Of a stretch of 53,612 nucleotides of DNA, positions 1-9,939 are shown piece after piece. A program made the position numbers and the translations under genes. The notes beneath the pieces are model-generated. The model was given only the letters and a program-made list of their open reading frames with translations. It was not told where the DNA came from and searched no databases. Every line of letters starts with the position of its first letter. Position 1 is the first letter of the stretch. Source of the stretch: Candidatus Rokuibacteriota bacterium (GTDB lineage Bacteria > JAUVQV01 > DATDCY01); the NCBI GenBank assembly GCA_031406795.1, contig JANOHV010000023.1:1-53612 (forward strand). The letters are read 5' to 3'.

Positions 1-1
1 G

Positions 2-586
2 CTCGCCGCGCTCGCCTGTCTCGGACTCGGGGTTTTCCCGCCGCTGGTCATCGACTGGATGGACGCGGTGACGGAGCAGCTGGTCGGCATGAAGATCGGT
101 TCGCCCGTCGCCGGCCTCGGCTGGCTCTGGCTCACGCCGATGGCTGCGCAGCGCGCTTCGTACTCGGGGGGGATCGTCTTTTTCGGGTTGCTGGTCAGCA
201 TCCCTGCGGTCTACCTGCTGCTGCACATCCGGCCCGGCTCCGTGCACCGTGTGCCGATCTGGGACTGCGGGTTCGAGAAACTCACGCCGCGCATGCAATA
301 CACCGGCACCGCCTTCGCGATGCCGCTGCGGCGGATCTTCGGGTTCCTGTTCGGCATCAAGGAGCGCATCCGGCCGCTCGCCCATCCCGGGCAGTCGGCC
401 TACCCCAGCCGGATCGGCTACTCGCTGCGGGTGCGCGACCGCGCCTGGAGCTGGTTCTACGCGCCGATCGCGCTGGCCTGCTTCGCCCTCGCGCGCCAGG
501 TCGGCCGGCTGCAGCAGGGGCGGATCCAGTCGTACCTGATCTATTCGTTCGTGACGATCATCGTGCTGCTGGTGTTCCTGCGATGA
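2..586 (+). CDS. hyfB: Hydrogenase-4 component B-like antiporter subunit (HyfB/HycC), C-terminal part, 5'-truncated by window edge
   Basis: Frame open from base 2; motifs WDCGF...RMQYT..F..P and C-terminal LQQGRIQSYLIY are typical of HyfB; precedes hyfC-like gene with ATGA overlap. Confidence 0.85.
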   Translation, partial: LAALACLGLGVFPPLVIDWMDAVTEQLVGMKIGSPVAGLGWLWLTPMAAQRASYSGGIVFFGLLVSIPAVYLLLHIRPGSVHRVPIWDCGFEKLTPRMQYTGTAFAMPLRRIFGFLFGIKERIRPLAHPGQSAYPSRIGYSLRVRDRAWSWFYAPIALACFALARQVGRLQQGRIQSYLIYSFVTIIVLLVFLR

Positions 587-1527
587 ACGCGTATCCCTTC
601 TTCCTCGAACTGCTCCAGTTGCTGGCGCTCGCGGCGATCGCGCCGCTGTTCGCCGGCTGGGTCAAGATGCTCAAGTGCTGGTCGCAGTCGCGCACGAGCC
701 CGGGGCTGCTCCAGCCGGTGCGGGATCTACGCAAGCTCTTCGGCAAAGACGTCCTGCTCGCCGAAAACGCCTCCTGGATCTTCCGCTTCACGCCGTACCT
801 GGTCTTCAGCACGGCCCTGCTCGCGGGGGGGATCATCCCGATCCTCTCCGTCGATCTGCCGCTGGCGCGCACCGCCGACGTCATCGTCTTCGTCGCGCTG
901 TTCGCGATCGCCCGCTTCTTCACGGCGCTCGCGGGGATGGACGTCGGCACCGCCTTCGGCGGCATGGGCTCGAGCCGGGAGATGACGATCGCCTCGCTGG
1001 CGGAGCCGGCGATGCTGATGGCGATCTTCACGATCTCGCTCGGCAGCGCCTCGACCTCGCTGGCGCAGATCGTCAGCAGCATCCAGTCCGGACAGCTGCT
1101 GCTGCGCCCGTCGTTCGCGTTCGCCATCCTCGCCTTCGTGCTCATCGCGCTGGCGGAGACCGGCAGAATCCCGGTCGACAACCCCGCGACGCACCTCGAA
1201 CTGACGATGATCCACGAGGCGATGATCCTGGAGTACTCCGGCCGGCACCTGGCCCTGATCGAGTGGGCCGGCATGATGAAGCTCTCGCTCTTCTGCTACC
1301 TCGGCATCGCCGCCTTCTTCCCCTGGGGCATCGCCGCTTCCCGCGACCTGCGGGCGCTGGCGCTGGCCTTCGGCGCCCTGGTGGCCAAACTCGCCGTGAT
1401 CGGCGCCGGCATCGTGCTGATCGAGACCGGGCTGGCCAAGATGCGGATCTTCCGGCTGACCGAATTCCTCGGCGCCGCCTTCCTGATGGCGACGCTGGGC
1501 ATGCTCTCCTTCTTCATCCTGGAGTGA
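583..1527 (+). CDS. hyfC: HyfC/HycD (NuoH-like) membrane subunit
   Basis: PGLLQPVRDLRKLFGK, FGGMGSSRE, AETGRIPVDNPATHLELTMIHEAMILEYSGR motifs. Confidence 0.92.
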   Translation: MNAYPFFLELLQLLALAAIAPLFAGWVKMLKCWSQSRTSPGLLQPVRDLRKLFGKDVLLAENASWIFRFTPYLVFSTALLAGGIIPILSVDLPLARTADVIVFVALFAIARFFTALAGMDVGTAFGGMGSSREMTIASLAEPAMLMAIFTISLGSASTSLAQIVSSIQSGQLLLRPSFAFAILAFVLIALAETGRIPVDNPATHLELTMIHEAMILEYSGRHLALIEWAGMMKLSLFCYLGIAAFFPWGIAASRDLRALALAFGALVAKLAVIGAGIVLIETGLAKMRIFRLTEFLGAAFLMATLGMLSFFILE

Positions 1528-1529
1528 CG

Positions 1530-2195
1530 ATGAGCCTCGAACTGGCGGCCCGGATCAACAGCTTCCTCGCGGCGCTCGTGCTGCTGACCGCCTTCGCGAT
1601 GCTCGCGCAGCGGCGGTTGAACGGCCTGATCCACCTCTTCGCCTGGCAGGGGCTGCTGCTCTCGGTCAACACCGCGATCGTCGGTTTCGTCGCCTCACGT
1701 CACCACCTCTACATCTCCTCGCTCCTGACGCTCGGGCTCAAGGTCGTGCTGCTGCCGTACATCCTGCAGATGCTGATCCGCCGCCTGAAGATCCACAAGG
1801 AGATCGAGGTCGTCGTGAACGTCCCGATGACCATGATGATCGGCATCGCCCTCGTCGTCCTCTCCTACCACCTGACCGCGCCGATCATGGAGCTCTCCTC
1901 GATGGTCACCCGCTCGACGCTGGCCGTGGCCCTGGCGACCGTGCTGATCGGCCTGCTGATGATGATCACCCGGCGGCACGCGGTGACGCAGATCATCGGC
2001 TTTTTGGCCCTGGAGAACGGCCTGTTCTTCGCGGCCACGAGCGCGACGTACGGGATGCCGCTGGTCGTGGAACTCGGCGTCGCGCTCGACGTGCTGATCG
2101 CGGCCTTCATCTTCGGGATCTTCTTCTTTCACATCAGCGCGACGTTCGAGAGCCTGGACGTCGAACAGATGGCGCATCTGAAGGAAAACGACTGA
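1530..2195 (+). CDS. hyfE: HyfE membrane subunit
   Basis: ATG at 1530 inside ORF 675-2195; hydrophobic protein with QIIGFLALENG and PLVVELGVALDV motifs. Confidence 0.9.
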   Translation: MSLELAARINSFLAALVLLTAFAMLAQRRLNGLIHLFAWQGLLLSVNTAIVGFVASRHHLYISSLLTLGLKVVLLPYILQMLIRRLKIHKEIEVVVNVPMTMMIGIALVVLSYHLTAPIMELSSMVTRSTLAVALATVLIGLLMMITRRHAVTQIIGFLALENGLFFAATSATYGMPLVVELGVALDVLIAAFIFGIFFFHISATFESLDVEQMAHLKEND

Positions 2196-3655
2196 TGAGC
2201 GGCGCGCCCCTGCTGCTGCCCCTGCTGCTGGTCCCGCTCGCCGCCGCGGTCGCGCTGGCCATGGTCGGCGACCGCAGGTTCGCGCCCGAAATCAACATTT
2301 TCGGCTCGGCGGCGACCTTCGCCGCCGGCCTGGGTCTGGCGTTCCAGGTCTACGAGCGGGGCTCCTTCATGGCCGGGGGGGAGTTTTTCTTCGTCGACGC
2401 GTTCAACATCTACCTCGCGGTGCTGACCGCGTTCGTGTCGATGACGACGGCGATCTTCAGCCGGCGCTACATGCGGCGCGAGCGCGAGCACGGCCGGGTC
2501 GGCCACGGCGGCATGCGCTTCTACCACGCGATGTTCCAGCTCTTCATCTTCGCGATGCTGCTCTGCCTGCTGACCAACAACGTCGGCATCCTCTGGATCG
2601 CGATGGAGCTCGCCACCCTCTCGACCGTGCTGCTCGTCTCGCTGTACCGCACCCCGACCGCGATCGAGGCGGCGTGGAAGTACTTCATTCTCTGCGGTGT
2701 CGGCATCGCGCAGGCGCTCTTCGGCACCGTGCTGCTCTACTTCGCGGCCGAGAAGGTGCTCGGCGAGGGGGGCGACGCGCTGCTCTGGACCAACCTCAGC
2801 CGCGTCAGCGGCAGCCTGGAGCCGACGGTGCTCTCGCTCGCCTTCGTCTTTCTGATGGTCGGCTACGGCACGAAGGTCGGACTCGTGCCGTTGCACAACT
2901 GGCTGCCGGACGCTCACAGCGAGGGGCCGACCCCGATCTCCGCCGTGCTCTCCGGGCTGCTGCTGAACGTCGCGCTCTACGCCCTCGTGCGCTGCAAGGC
3001 GCTCGTCGACGGCGCCACGCGGACCCACCACGCCGGCGATATCATGATGGGCTTCGGCCTGCTCTCGATACTCGTTTCGGCGTTTTCCCTGTTGCGGCAG
3101 AAGGACATCAAGCGGATGTTCTCTTACTCTTCAATCGAGCACATGGGCATCGCGACTTTCGCCTTCGGCCTCGGCGGCCCGATCGCGACTTTCGGAGCGC
3201 TGCTGCACATGCTGATGCACAGTCTCGCCAAATCCTCGATCTTCTTCACCGTCGGCCACGCCTCGCAGATGCACGGCACCCAGGAGATGTCGCGCATCCG
3301 CGGCCTGTTCAAGGGCAACCCGCTCGTCGGCTGGGGTTTCATGCTCGGGGTCATGGCGATCATCGGGCTTCCCCCGTTCGGGGTCTTCACGAGCGAGTTT
3401 TTGATCCTCACGGCCACCATCAACGACGCCCCCGGGTGGGCGCCCTTTCTGCTGCTGGGCCTGGCGGTGGCCTTCGCGGCACTGCTCAGACGAGTGCAGC
3501 CGATGGTCTCCGGCGCGCCACCCCCCTGGCAGCAGCCGCTGCAGGCGGCGCACGTGCCGGTGATCCTGCATCTGGTTCTCGTGCTGCTGGTCGGCCTCTC
3601 CCTGCCGGCCTTCCTGAACGACTGGTTCGTCACCGCGGCGAGGTTGCTGAAATGA
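2195..3655 (+). CDS. hyfF: HyfF antiporter-like subunit
   Basis: EAAWKYFILC, GYGTKVGLVPLHNWLPDAHSEGPTPISA, KRMFSYSSIEHMG motifs. Confidence 0.93.
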   Translation: MSGAPLLLPLLLVPLAAAVALAMVGDRRFAPEINIFGSAATFAAGLGLAFQVYERGSFMAGGEFFFVDAFNIYLAVLTAFVSMTTAIFSRRYMRREREHGRVGHGGMRFYHAMFQLFIFAMLLCLLTNNVGILWIAMELATLSTVLLVSLYRTPTAIEAAWKYFILCGVGIAQALFGTVLLYFAAEKVLGEGGDALLWTNLSRVSGSLEPTVLSLAFVFLMVGYGTKVGLVPLHNWLPDAHSEGPTPISAVLSGLLLNVALYALVRCKALVDGATRTHHAGDIMMGFGLLSILVSAFSLLRQKDIKRMFSYSSIEHMGIATFAFGLGGPIATFGALLHMLMHSLAKSSIFFTVGHASQMHGTQEMSRIRGLFKGNPLVGWGFMLGVMAIIGLPPFGVFTSEFLILTATINDAPGWAPFLLLGLAVAFAALLRRVQPMVSGAPPPWQQPLQAAHVPVILHLVLVLLVGLSLPAFLNDWFVTAARLLK

Positions 3656-5232
3656 GCCGTCTTTTCCGGCTGCTCAAGGCGGCTTTCGGCGACTAGGTCC
3701 GCGCCGACGCGCGGCAGTTCCCCGCCGCCGTCGTCGCCTGCGTGCTGCCGCGCGAGCGTTTTGCCGACGCCGCGCGGGAGTTGAAGAAGGCGCACGCGCT
3801 GCTGGTCGCGGAGTGGACGACCGACGAGACCGCCTTCGGGCGCGGCTACGGCGTCTACGCCTGCTTTCGCTGGGCGAAGGACTGCGTGATCGTCAAGTCG
3901 GGGCTGCCCGCGGACGACCCGTCGTTCCCGACGCTGACGACGAGCTACGCCCCGGCCTTCCGCTTCGAGCGGCAGATGCACAGCCTGATGGGCGTGGTGC
4001 CCGCGGGACACCCCGACCTGCGGCCGTGGATCGCCTTCGAGGACTGGCCGGCCGGCGCGTTTCCGCTGCGCAAGTCGTTCGACGCCGCGCAGCCGCTGAC
4101 CCGTGGCAGCGGCGACTACGCCTGGATCAGGGCCGAAGGGGAGGGCGTCTACGAGATTCCCGTCGGCCCCGTGCACGCGGGGATCATCGAGCCGGGGCAT
4201 TTTCGCTTCCAGGCGGTCGGCGAGGACGTCGTGAACCTCGAGGAGCGTCTCGGCTACGTCCACAAGGGGATCGAGAAGCGATTCGAGTCCCTGCCGTGGG
4301 GGCAGGGGCACCGGCTGGCCGGCCGGGTCTCGGGGGACACGACGGTCGCTCACGCGCTGGGTTACTGCCTGGCGCTCGAAGCTATGAGCGGCTGCGCGGT
4401 GCCGGAGCGGGCGCACTGGATCCGCGCGCTGCTGCTGGAGCGCGAGCGGATCGCGAACCACTGCGGGGACCTGGGCGCGATCGCCAACGACGCCGCGTTC
4501 GCCTTTCTCTGGTATCAGCTGGCGCGCCTCAAGGAGACGATGCTGCGAACCAACCGGGCGCTCTTCGGTCACCGGTTCATGATGGAGAGCGTCGTGCCGG
4601 GAGGGGTGGCGGGCGACCTGACGGGGGAAGGGCGGACAACCATCGAGAGCGAGCTCGCGGGCCTGCTCGTGGAATTCGAGCGCCTGGTCACCATCTACGA
4701 CGACAACGCCTCGCTCGAGGACCGGGTGCGCCAAACCGGCGTGCTCTCCCCGAAGCAGGCCCTCGACCTGTGCGTCGTCGGCGTCGTGGCCCGGGCGAGC
4801 GGCATCAACCACGACGCGCGCGTTTTCCACCCGTTCCCGCCCTACGACCGTCCGGAGGAGATCGAGCTTGATGTCCCGGTGCTGGTGAGCGGCGACGTGC
4901 ACGCCCGCGCCTGGGTCCGGGTGCTCGAGGTCCGGGAATCCGTGCGGCTGTTGCGCTACATCCTGGCGAATCTCCCCGACGGCCCGGTTCTGGCGCCGCT
5001 CCCCGCGCCGCCGCCGGGGGTCGCCGGATTCGCCGCGGTCGAGGGCTGGCGCGGCGAGATCGTCTACTGGCTGCAGTCGGGCCCCGGCGGTGAGGTCAAC
5101 CGCTGCATGGTGCGCGATCCCTCCGCGCTGAACTGGGTCGCTCTGGAGCAGGCGGTGCCGGGAAACATCGTCCCGGATTTCCCACTCTGCAACAAGAGTT
5201 TCAACCAGTCCTACTCGGGGCATGACCTTTGA
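3652..5232 (+). CDS. hyfG: HyfG/HycE-like large subunit (NuoC+D-like) lacking NiFe ligands; in-frame TAG at codon 15 (3694-3696), alternative GTG start at 3742
   Basis: GPVHAGIIEPGHFRF, LGYVHKGIEKRFE, VEGWRG, DFPLCNKSFN..YSGHDL motifs; ATG 3652 overlaps the hyfF stop and is in frame with ORF 3742-5232 across one TAG. Confidence 0.85.
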
Positions 5233-5801
5233 TACGAATTCTCAAGCACATCTTTCGGACCGGGATCGTCACCGAGGCGCTGCCCGATGAGATCGAGGAG
5301 GAGATCCGGCGGATCGGGACGCGCCTCGAGGCCGGCATCGCGCGGCGTTTCCGCGGCAGCCTCGCGATCAGGCACGTCGACGCCGGTTCGTGCAACGGCT
5401 GCGAACTGGAGATCCACGCGATGAACAACCCGCTCTACAACTGCGAGCGCTTCGGCATGCACTTCACCGCTTCGCCGCGATTCGCCGATCTGCTGCTCGT
5501 GACCGGGCCGGTCGCCTTCAACATGGAGATCGCGCTGCGGCGGACCTACGCCGCGACACCGGGGCCGAAACTCGTCGTCGCGGTGGGCGACTGCGGGCGC
5601 GACGGCGGCATCTTCGGCACCAGCTACGCCTCCCTCGGCGGTGTCGCCAATGTGATACCGGTCGACGTCGTCGTCCCGGGTTGTCCGCCGACCCCGGTCG
5701 CCCTGCTGCACGGGATACTCGCCGCGGTGGAGGGCGGGCAGGGATCGTCCGCCCAGGGTGGGGCGATGCAGGTCCCCTCGCCCGGGGAGCGGCGGGCATG
5801 A
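5229..5801 (+). CDS. hyfI: HyfI/HycG (NuoB-like) Fe-S small subunit
   Basis: [31 protein letters not shown] motifs; TTG start overlaps hyfG stop. Confidence 0.92.
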   Translation: MIRILKHIFRTGIVTEALPDEIEEEIRRIGTRLEAGIARRFRGSLAIRHVDAGSCNGCELEIHAMNNPLYNCERFGMHFTASPRFADLLLVTGPVAFNMEIALRRTYAATPGPKLVVAVGDCGRDGGIFGTSYASLGGVANVIPVDVVVPGCPPTPVALLHGILAAVEGGQGSSAQGGAMQVPSPGERRA

Positions 5802-6487
5802 GCAAGAAGGCGGTCGTGCTGCTCAGCGGCGGCCTCGACTCCGCGACGACGCTGGCGATCGCCGCCCAGCGCGGCTTCCAGCCGCACACGCTGAGTTTCG
5901 ACTACGGCCAGCGTCACCGCTGCGAACTCGCCGCGGGGCGCCGCGTAGCGGAGCGGCTCGGCTCGGTCGAGCACAAGCTCGTGCGGATCGACCTGCGCGC
6001 CATCGGCGGCTCCGCGCTGACGGAGGAGATCGCCGTGCCCAAGGGCCGCCCGCTCGACGACGGCATCCCGGTGACCTACGTCCCGGCGCGCAACACGATC
6101 TTCCTGTCGGTCGCGCTGGCCTGGGCCGAGGTGCTTGGGTCGCAGGACATCTTCATCGGCGTCAACGCGCTCGACTACAGCGGCTACCCCGACTGTCGGG
6201 AGGAGTACCTGCGCGCGTTCCAGGCCATGGCCGACCTGGCGACGCGCGCCGGCGTCGAGGGCCGCCAGAGACTGACGGTGCACGCGCCGCTGATCAGCAT
6301 GACCAAGGCCGAGATCATCCGCCACGGGGTCGCCCTCGGCGTGGATTACGCGCTGACGCACTCCTGCTACGACCCCGACGAGGAAGGCAACCCGTGCGGA
6401 CGCTGCGACTCCTGTGTGCTGAGGCGCAACGGCTTTCGGGAGGCAGGGCTCGTCGATCCTCTGGCGTACCCGGGTGAGCCTCAGTGA
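5798..6487 (+). CDS. queC: 7-cyano-7-deazaguanine synthase
   Basis: SGGLDS PP-loop, [18 protein letters not shown]...CGRCDSC zinc motif; ATG 5798. Confidence 0.96.
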   Translation: MSKKAVVLLSGGLDSATTLAIAAQRGFQPHTLSFDYGQRHRCELAAGRRVAERLGSVEHKLVRIDLRAIGGSALTEEIAVPKGRPLDDGIPVTYVPARNTIFLSVALAWAEVLGSQDIFIGVNALDYSGYPDCREEYLRAFQAMADLATRAGVEGRQRLTVHAPLISMTKAEIIRHGVALGVDYALTHSCYDPDEEGNPCGRCDSCVLRRNGFREAGLVDPLAYPGEPQ

Positions 6488-7119
6488 GCTACCGGGTCAA
6501 GGAGCTGTTCTACTCCCTGCAGGGCGAGGGGGTGCGGGCCGGCCGGGCTGCGGTCTTCTGCCGCTTCGCCGGCTGCAACCTCTGGTCCGGGCGGGAGGCG
6601 GACCGCGCGCAAGCCCGCTGCCGCGTCTGCGACACCGACTTCGTCGGGACCGACGGCGCCGGCGGCGGCGTCTACCGTACGGCCGGCGAGCTGGCGGCAG
6701 CGGCGCGCCGGTTGTGGCCCGACGCGCCCGGTGCGCGCCCGTACGTCGTCTGCACGGGCGGAGAGCCGCTGCTGCAGATGGACGCTCCACTCGTCGCGGC
6801 GCTGCACGATGCCGGTTTCGAGATCGGCATCGAGACGAACGGCACCCTCGCACCGCCTCCCGGGATCGACTGGGTCTGCGTCAGTCCCAAGGCTGGCACC
6901 GAGCTCGTCGCGCGCCGGGGAGACGAGCTCAAGCTCCTCTATCCGCAGCAGGGGGTGGATCCCGCGCATTTTCTGAACCTGGCCTTCGAGCACTTCTCGC
7001 TGCAGCCGGTGGACGGGCCGGACCGCGCAGACGCGACGCGGCAGGCGCTGGGCTATTGCCTCGCCAACCCCCGTTGGCGGCTGAGCCTGCAACTCCACAA
7101 GATCCTGGACATCCGGTAG
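6484..7119 (+). CDS. queE: 7-carboxy-7-deazaguanine synthase (radical SAM, CX14CX2C type)
   Basis: [51 protein letters not shown]. Confidence 0.95.
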   Translation: MSYRVKELFYSLQGEGVRAGRAAVFCRFAGCNLWSGREADRAQARCRVCDTDFVGTDGAGGGVYRTAGELAAAARRLWPDAPGARPYVVCTGGEPLLQMDAPLVAALHDAGFEIGIETNGTLAPPPGIDWVCVSPKAGTELVARRGDELKLLYPQQGVDPAHFLNLAFEHFSLQPVDGPDRADATRQALGYCLANPRWRLSLQLHKILDIR

Positions 7120-7159
7120 CAGACCGCCGAGAAGCGCCCATCTGTGTAGTTCGACAACC

Positions 7160-7168
7160 TGTTAGAAT
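7160..7168 (+). promoter_or_regulatory. Putative extended -10 promoter (TG-n-TAGAAT) for queD
   Basis: tgt-tagaat ends 8 nt before queD ATG; no SD sequence. Confidence 0.45.
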
Positions 7169-7176
7169 ATGCCCAA

Positions 7177-7539
7177 ATGGAAATTTATCAGGATTTTACG
7201 ATCGAGGCCGGGCACCGGCTGCCGCTCGTTCCCGCGGGGCACGGTTGCGGTCGCCGACACGGGCATTCCTTCCGCATCCGCATCTGCCTGGAAGGCCGCA
7301 TCGACCCGCAGACCGGCTGGGTGGTCGATTTCGCCGAGATCGCGGCGGCCTTCGCGCCGCTGCGCGAACAGCTCGATCACGCGGAGCTCAACGGGATTTC
7401 CGGCCTGGAAAACCCGACAAGCGAGCATCTGGCCGTCTGGATCTGGGAGCGGCTGCGCCCGCGCCTGCCCGGCCTCTCGCGCGTCGAGATTGCGGAGACC
7501 GCCGCGAGCGGCTGCGTCTACCGCGGCGAAGGTGGGTGA
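7177..7539 (+). CDS. queD: 6-carboxytetrahydropterin synthase
   Basis: EAGHRLP...C.R.HGHSF, DF, LDH..LN, ENPTSE motifs. Confidence 0.95.
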   Translation: MEIYQDFTIEAGHRLPLVPAGHGCGRRHGHSFRIRICLEGRIDPQTGWVVDFAEIAAAFAPLREQLDHAELNGISGLENPTSEHLAVWIWERLRPRLPGLSRVEIAETAASGCVYRGEGG

Positions 7540-7542
7540 GCC

Positions 7543-7968
7543 GTGATCGAGGCGGAAGGACGGCGGTTCGCGTTCGCCGACGAGTCGCAGATCCGCCCGG
7601 ATTTCCTCGAGACTTTCTCCTTCGGCAGCCCGGAGCAGTACATCATGACCGAGACCCGGGAGTTCAGCGCGGTCTGCCCCTTCAGCGGCCTGCCCGACCT
7701 GGGGCTGCTCAGGATCGAGTATCATCCCGCGGGGGGGCGCTGCGTCGAGCTCAAGAGCCTGAAGTATTACCTGGTCAGCTTCCGCAACGTCGGGATCTTT
7801 CAGGAGGCGGCGACGCGGCGCATCTATGACGACCTGCGCCGGGCGCTCGGCACGGAGCGCCTGCGGGTGACCACGGTCTACAACACCCGCGGCGGGTTCG
7901 ACACGACCTGCGTCGAGGGTTCGCTCGAGCGCGCCGGGCCCCGGCGTTCCCCGCGCCCCACTCCCTGA
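7543..7968 (+). CDS. queF: PreQ0 reductase (unimodular QueF)
   Basis: [35 protein letters not shown] motifs. Confidence 0.93.
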   Translation: MIEAEGRRFAFADESQIRPDFLETFSFGSPEQYIMTETREFSAVCPFSGLPDLGLLRIEYHPAGGRCVELKSLKYYLVSFRNVGIFQEAATRRIYDDLRRALGTERLRVTTVYNTRGGFDTTCVEGSLERAGPRRSPRPTP

Positions 7969-7988
7969 ACATGGCCTGAAGGGGTGGC

Positions 7989-9215
7989 GTGAACTCCGCC
8001 GCCGACATCCGGCTGCTGTTCGCGACCCGCATCCTGCGGATCTTCGCCTACGGTCTCGTCTCGGTGACACTGGCGCTGTACCTGCACGCATTGGGGTTCG
8101 GTGAGCGCACCGTTGGGCTGCTGTTCAGCCTGGCGCTCTTCGGCGACATCGTGATCTCGCTGTGGATCACCACCACCGCCGATCGCGTCGGGCGCCGGCG
8201 GATGCTCGTGCTCGGGGCGGGGTTGATCGTGCTGGCCGGCGGCGTGCTCTCCTCGACGAGCAGCCTGGTGCTGATCGCCGCCGCCGCCATCATCGGCGTC
8301 GTCAGCCCCAACGGCAGCGAGATCGGCCCGTTCATCTCAATCGAGCAGTCGGCGCTGGCGCAGCTGGTCGGCGACGCCCGGCGGACCCGCTTTTTCGCCT
8401 GGTACAACCTGGCCGGGTCCTTTGCCGCGGCCTTCGGCGCGCTCGCGGGCGGAGCGATCCTTCAGGGACTGCGGGGAGCCGGGTGGGAGGAGTTGACGTC
8501 CTTTCGCACGGTGCTCTACCTGTATGCCGGGATCGGTGTGGTGCTCGCGCTGCTTTTCACCAGGCTCTCGCCCGCGGTGGAGGCCCCGCTGCGCGCGGCG
8601 CCGCCGACGCTCGGCAGCCGTTTCGGCCTGCACCGGTCCAAAAGGACGGTTTTCAAGCTCAGCGGCCTCTTTGCCCTCGACGCTTTCGGCGGCGGATTCG
8701 TGATCCAGGGCCTGCTCGTCTACTGGTTCTACCTGCGCTTCGCCGTCGAGCCGGCCACCCTCGGGGGCATCTTCTTCGGCGCCAATCTGCTCGCCGGGAT
8801 CTCGGCGCTGCTCGCCGACCGGATCGCGGCGCGGATCGGCCTGATCCGCACGATGGTTTTCACGCACATCCCGTCGAACCTGCTGCTGATGCTCGTGCCG
8901 CTGATGCCGAGCCTGCCGGCGGCGGTCGGGTTGCTGCTCGTGCGCTACAGCATCTCGCAGATGGACGTGCCGACGCGCCAGTCCTACACCATGGCCGTCG
9001 TCGACCCGGACGAGCGTTCGGCGGCCTCCGGGGTGACGACCATCGCCCGTTCCGTCGGCGCGCTGCTCTCGCCGACGATCAGCGGCGCGCTGCTGGCCGT
9101 CCCGGCGCTGATGAGCGCGCCGTTCTTCTTCGCCGGCGGACTCAAGATCGCCTACGATCTGCTGCTGTACCGGGCCTTCAAGGGCCACCGCCCTCCAGAG
9201 GAGGCCGGCCGCTGA
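7989..9215 (+). CDS. MFS transporter
   Basis: About 12 hydrophobic segments, ADRVGRRR motif A, SQMDVPTRQSY. Confidence 0.9.
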   Translation: MNSAADIRLLFATRILRIFAYGLVSVTLALYLHALGFGERTVGLLFSLALFGDIVISLWITTTADRVGRRRMLVLGAGLIVLAGGVLSSTSSLVLIAAAAIIGVVSPNGSEIGPFISIEQSALAQLVGDARRTRFFAWYNLAGSFAAAFGALAGGAILQGLRGAGWEELTSFRTVLYLYAGIGVVLALLFTRLSPAVEAPLRAAPPTLGSRFGLHRSKRTVFKLSGLFALDAFGGGFVIQGLLVYWFYLRFAVEPATLGGIFFGANLLAGISALLADRIAARIGLIRTMVFTHIPSNLLLMLVPLMPSLPAAVGLLLVRYSISQMDVPTRQSYTMAVVDPDERSAASGVTTIARSVGALLSPTISGALLAVPALMSAPFFFAGGLKIAYDLLLYRAFKGHRPPEEAGR

Positions 9216-9303
9216 CATCGGCGCGGCCGCCGCGCCGGGGACCTCGGATATTCGCGAGACCGGGAACGTGAATCGGGCGAGCCATCCGTCAGTTGTCGCA
9301 GGT

Positions 9304-9443
9304 AACCCTTCAGTGAAGTGCGGTAACTTATCCCGTTCGTGGTGAGTCTGTCGAACCACGAACGGGAAAGAGTCTTCATACATGCGCCCTTCGACGGGCT
9401 CAGGGCGAACGGTACTGATCGGGCCGCTGTTCACTGAAGGGTT
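9304..9443. repeat. Miniature inverted-repeat/REP-doublet element, family A, copy 1
   Basis: Perfect 14-bp terminal inverted repeats AACCCTTCAGTGAA (9304-9317)/TTCACTGAAGGGTT (9430-9443) enclosing REP-like units CGTTCGTGGTGAGTCTGTCGAACCACGAACG and CCCTTCGACGGGCTCAGGGCGAACGG; homologous to the reverse complement of 11192-11343. Confidence 0.88.
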
Positions 9444-9501
9444 GCTGTCGCTGTTTCAGATACCTGGAAATTGCGCTCAGGATTGCGCTATTATGAGAGC
9501 C

Positions 9502-9939
9502 ATGACGAAAGACAAGGAGCCTGCCGGCGAACGGCTGGTGTTCATCGGGCATATCGAAACGCCCTACCAGACGCCGGCTGATTGCCCGTACACCGTCAAT
9601 CCCGGCGGTCCGGAGTGCCGCATCGTCGTCAACTCCTCGTATGCGCTGGGGCTGACCGGCCTCGAGGTCGGCGGGCGGATCCTGGTGCTATACTGGCTGG
9701 ACCGGGCGAATCGCGCCAAGCCCCTCGTGGCGGAGCGTCGTTCGGGAAAGGTCGCCGGCGCTTTCGCCGCGCGGACTCCGCACCGGCCGAACCCGATCGG
9801 CGCCGCGGTGCTGGTGATCGACGGCATCGAAGGTTCCGTCCTGAGGGTGCGCGGCCTGGACTGCGTGAACGGCACCCCGCTGATCGACATCAAGCCCGCG
9901 ATGCGCGCGGAAACCCCGGCGGGCGGGGGCGGGGCGTGA
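9502..9939 (+). CDS. TrmO/TsaA (YaeB)-like SAM-binding protein
   Basis: IGHIETPY, GAFAARTPHRPNPIG, GLDCVNGTPLIDIKP motifs; start 9502 or 9493. Confidence 0.88.
   Translation: MTKDKEPAGERLVFIGHIETPYQTPADCPYTVNPGGPECRIVVNSSYALGLTGLEVGGRILVLYWLDRANRAKPLVAERRSGKVAGAFAARTPHRPNPIGAAVLVIDGIEGSVLRVRGLDCVNGTPLIDIKPAMRAETPAGGGGA

Noticed and set aside
7120-7176. Possible preQ1 riboswitch upstream of queD
   Set aside because: No P1 stem with the A-rich 3' tail; the region is better explained as an extended -10 promoter.
9382-9501. N-terminal extensions or short ORFs derived from repeats (also 11220-11510, 11535-11576, 49353-49409)
   Set aside because: They translate the palindromic elements and are not part of the conserved proteins.
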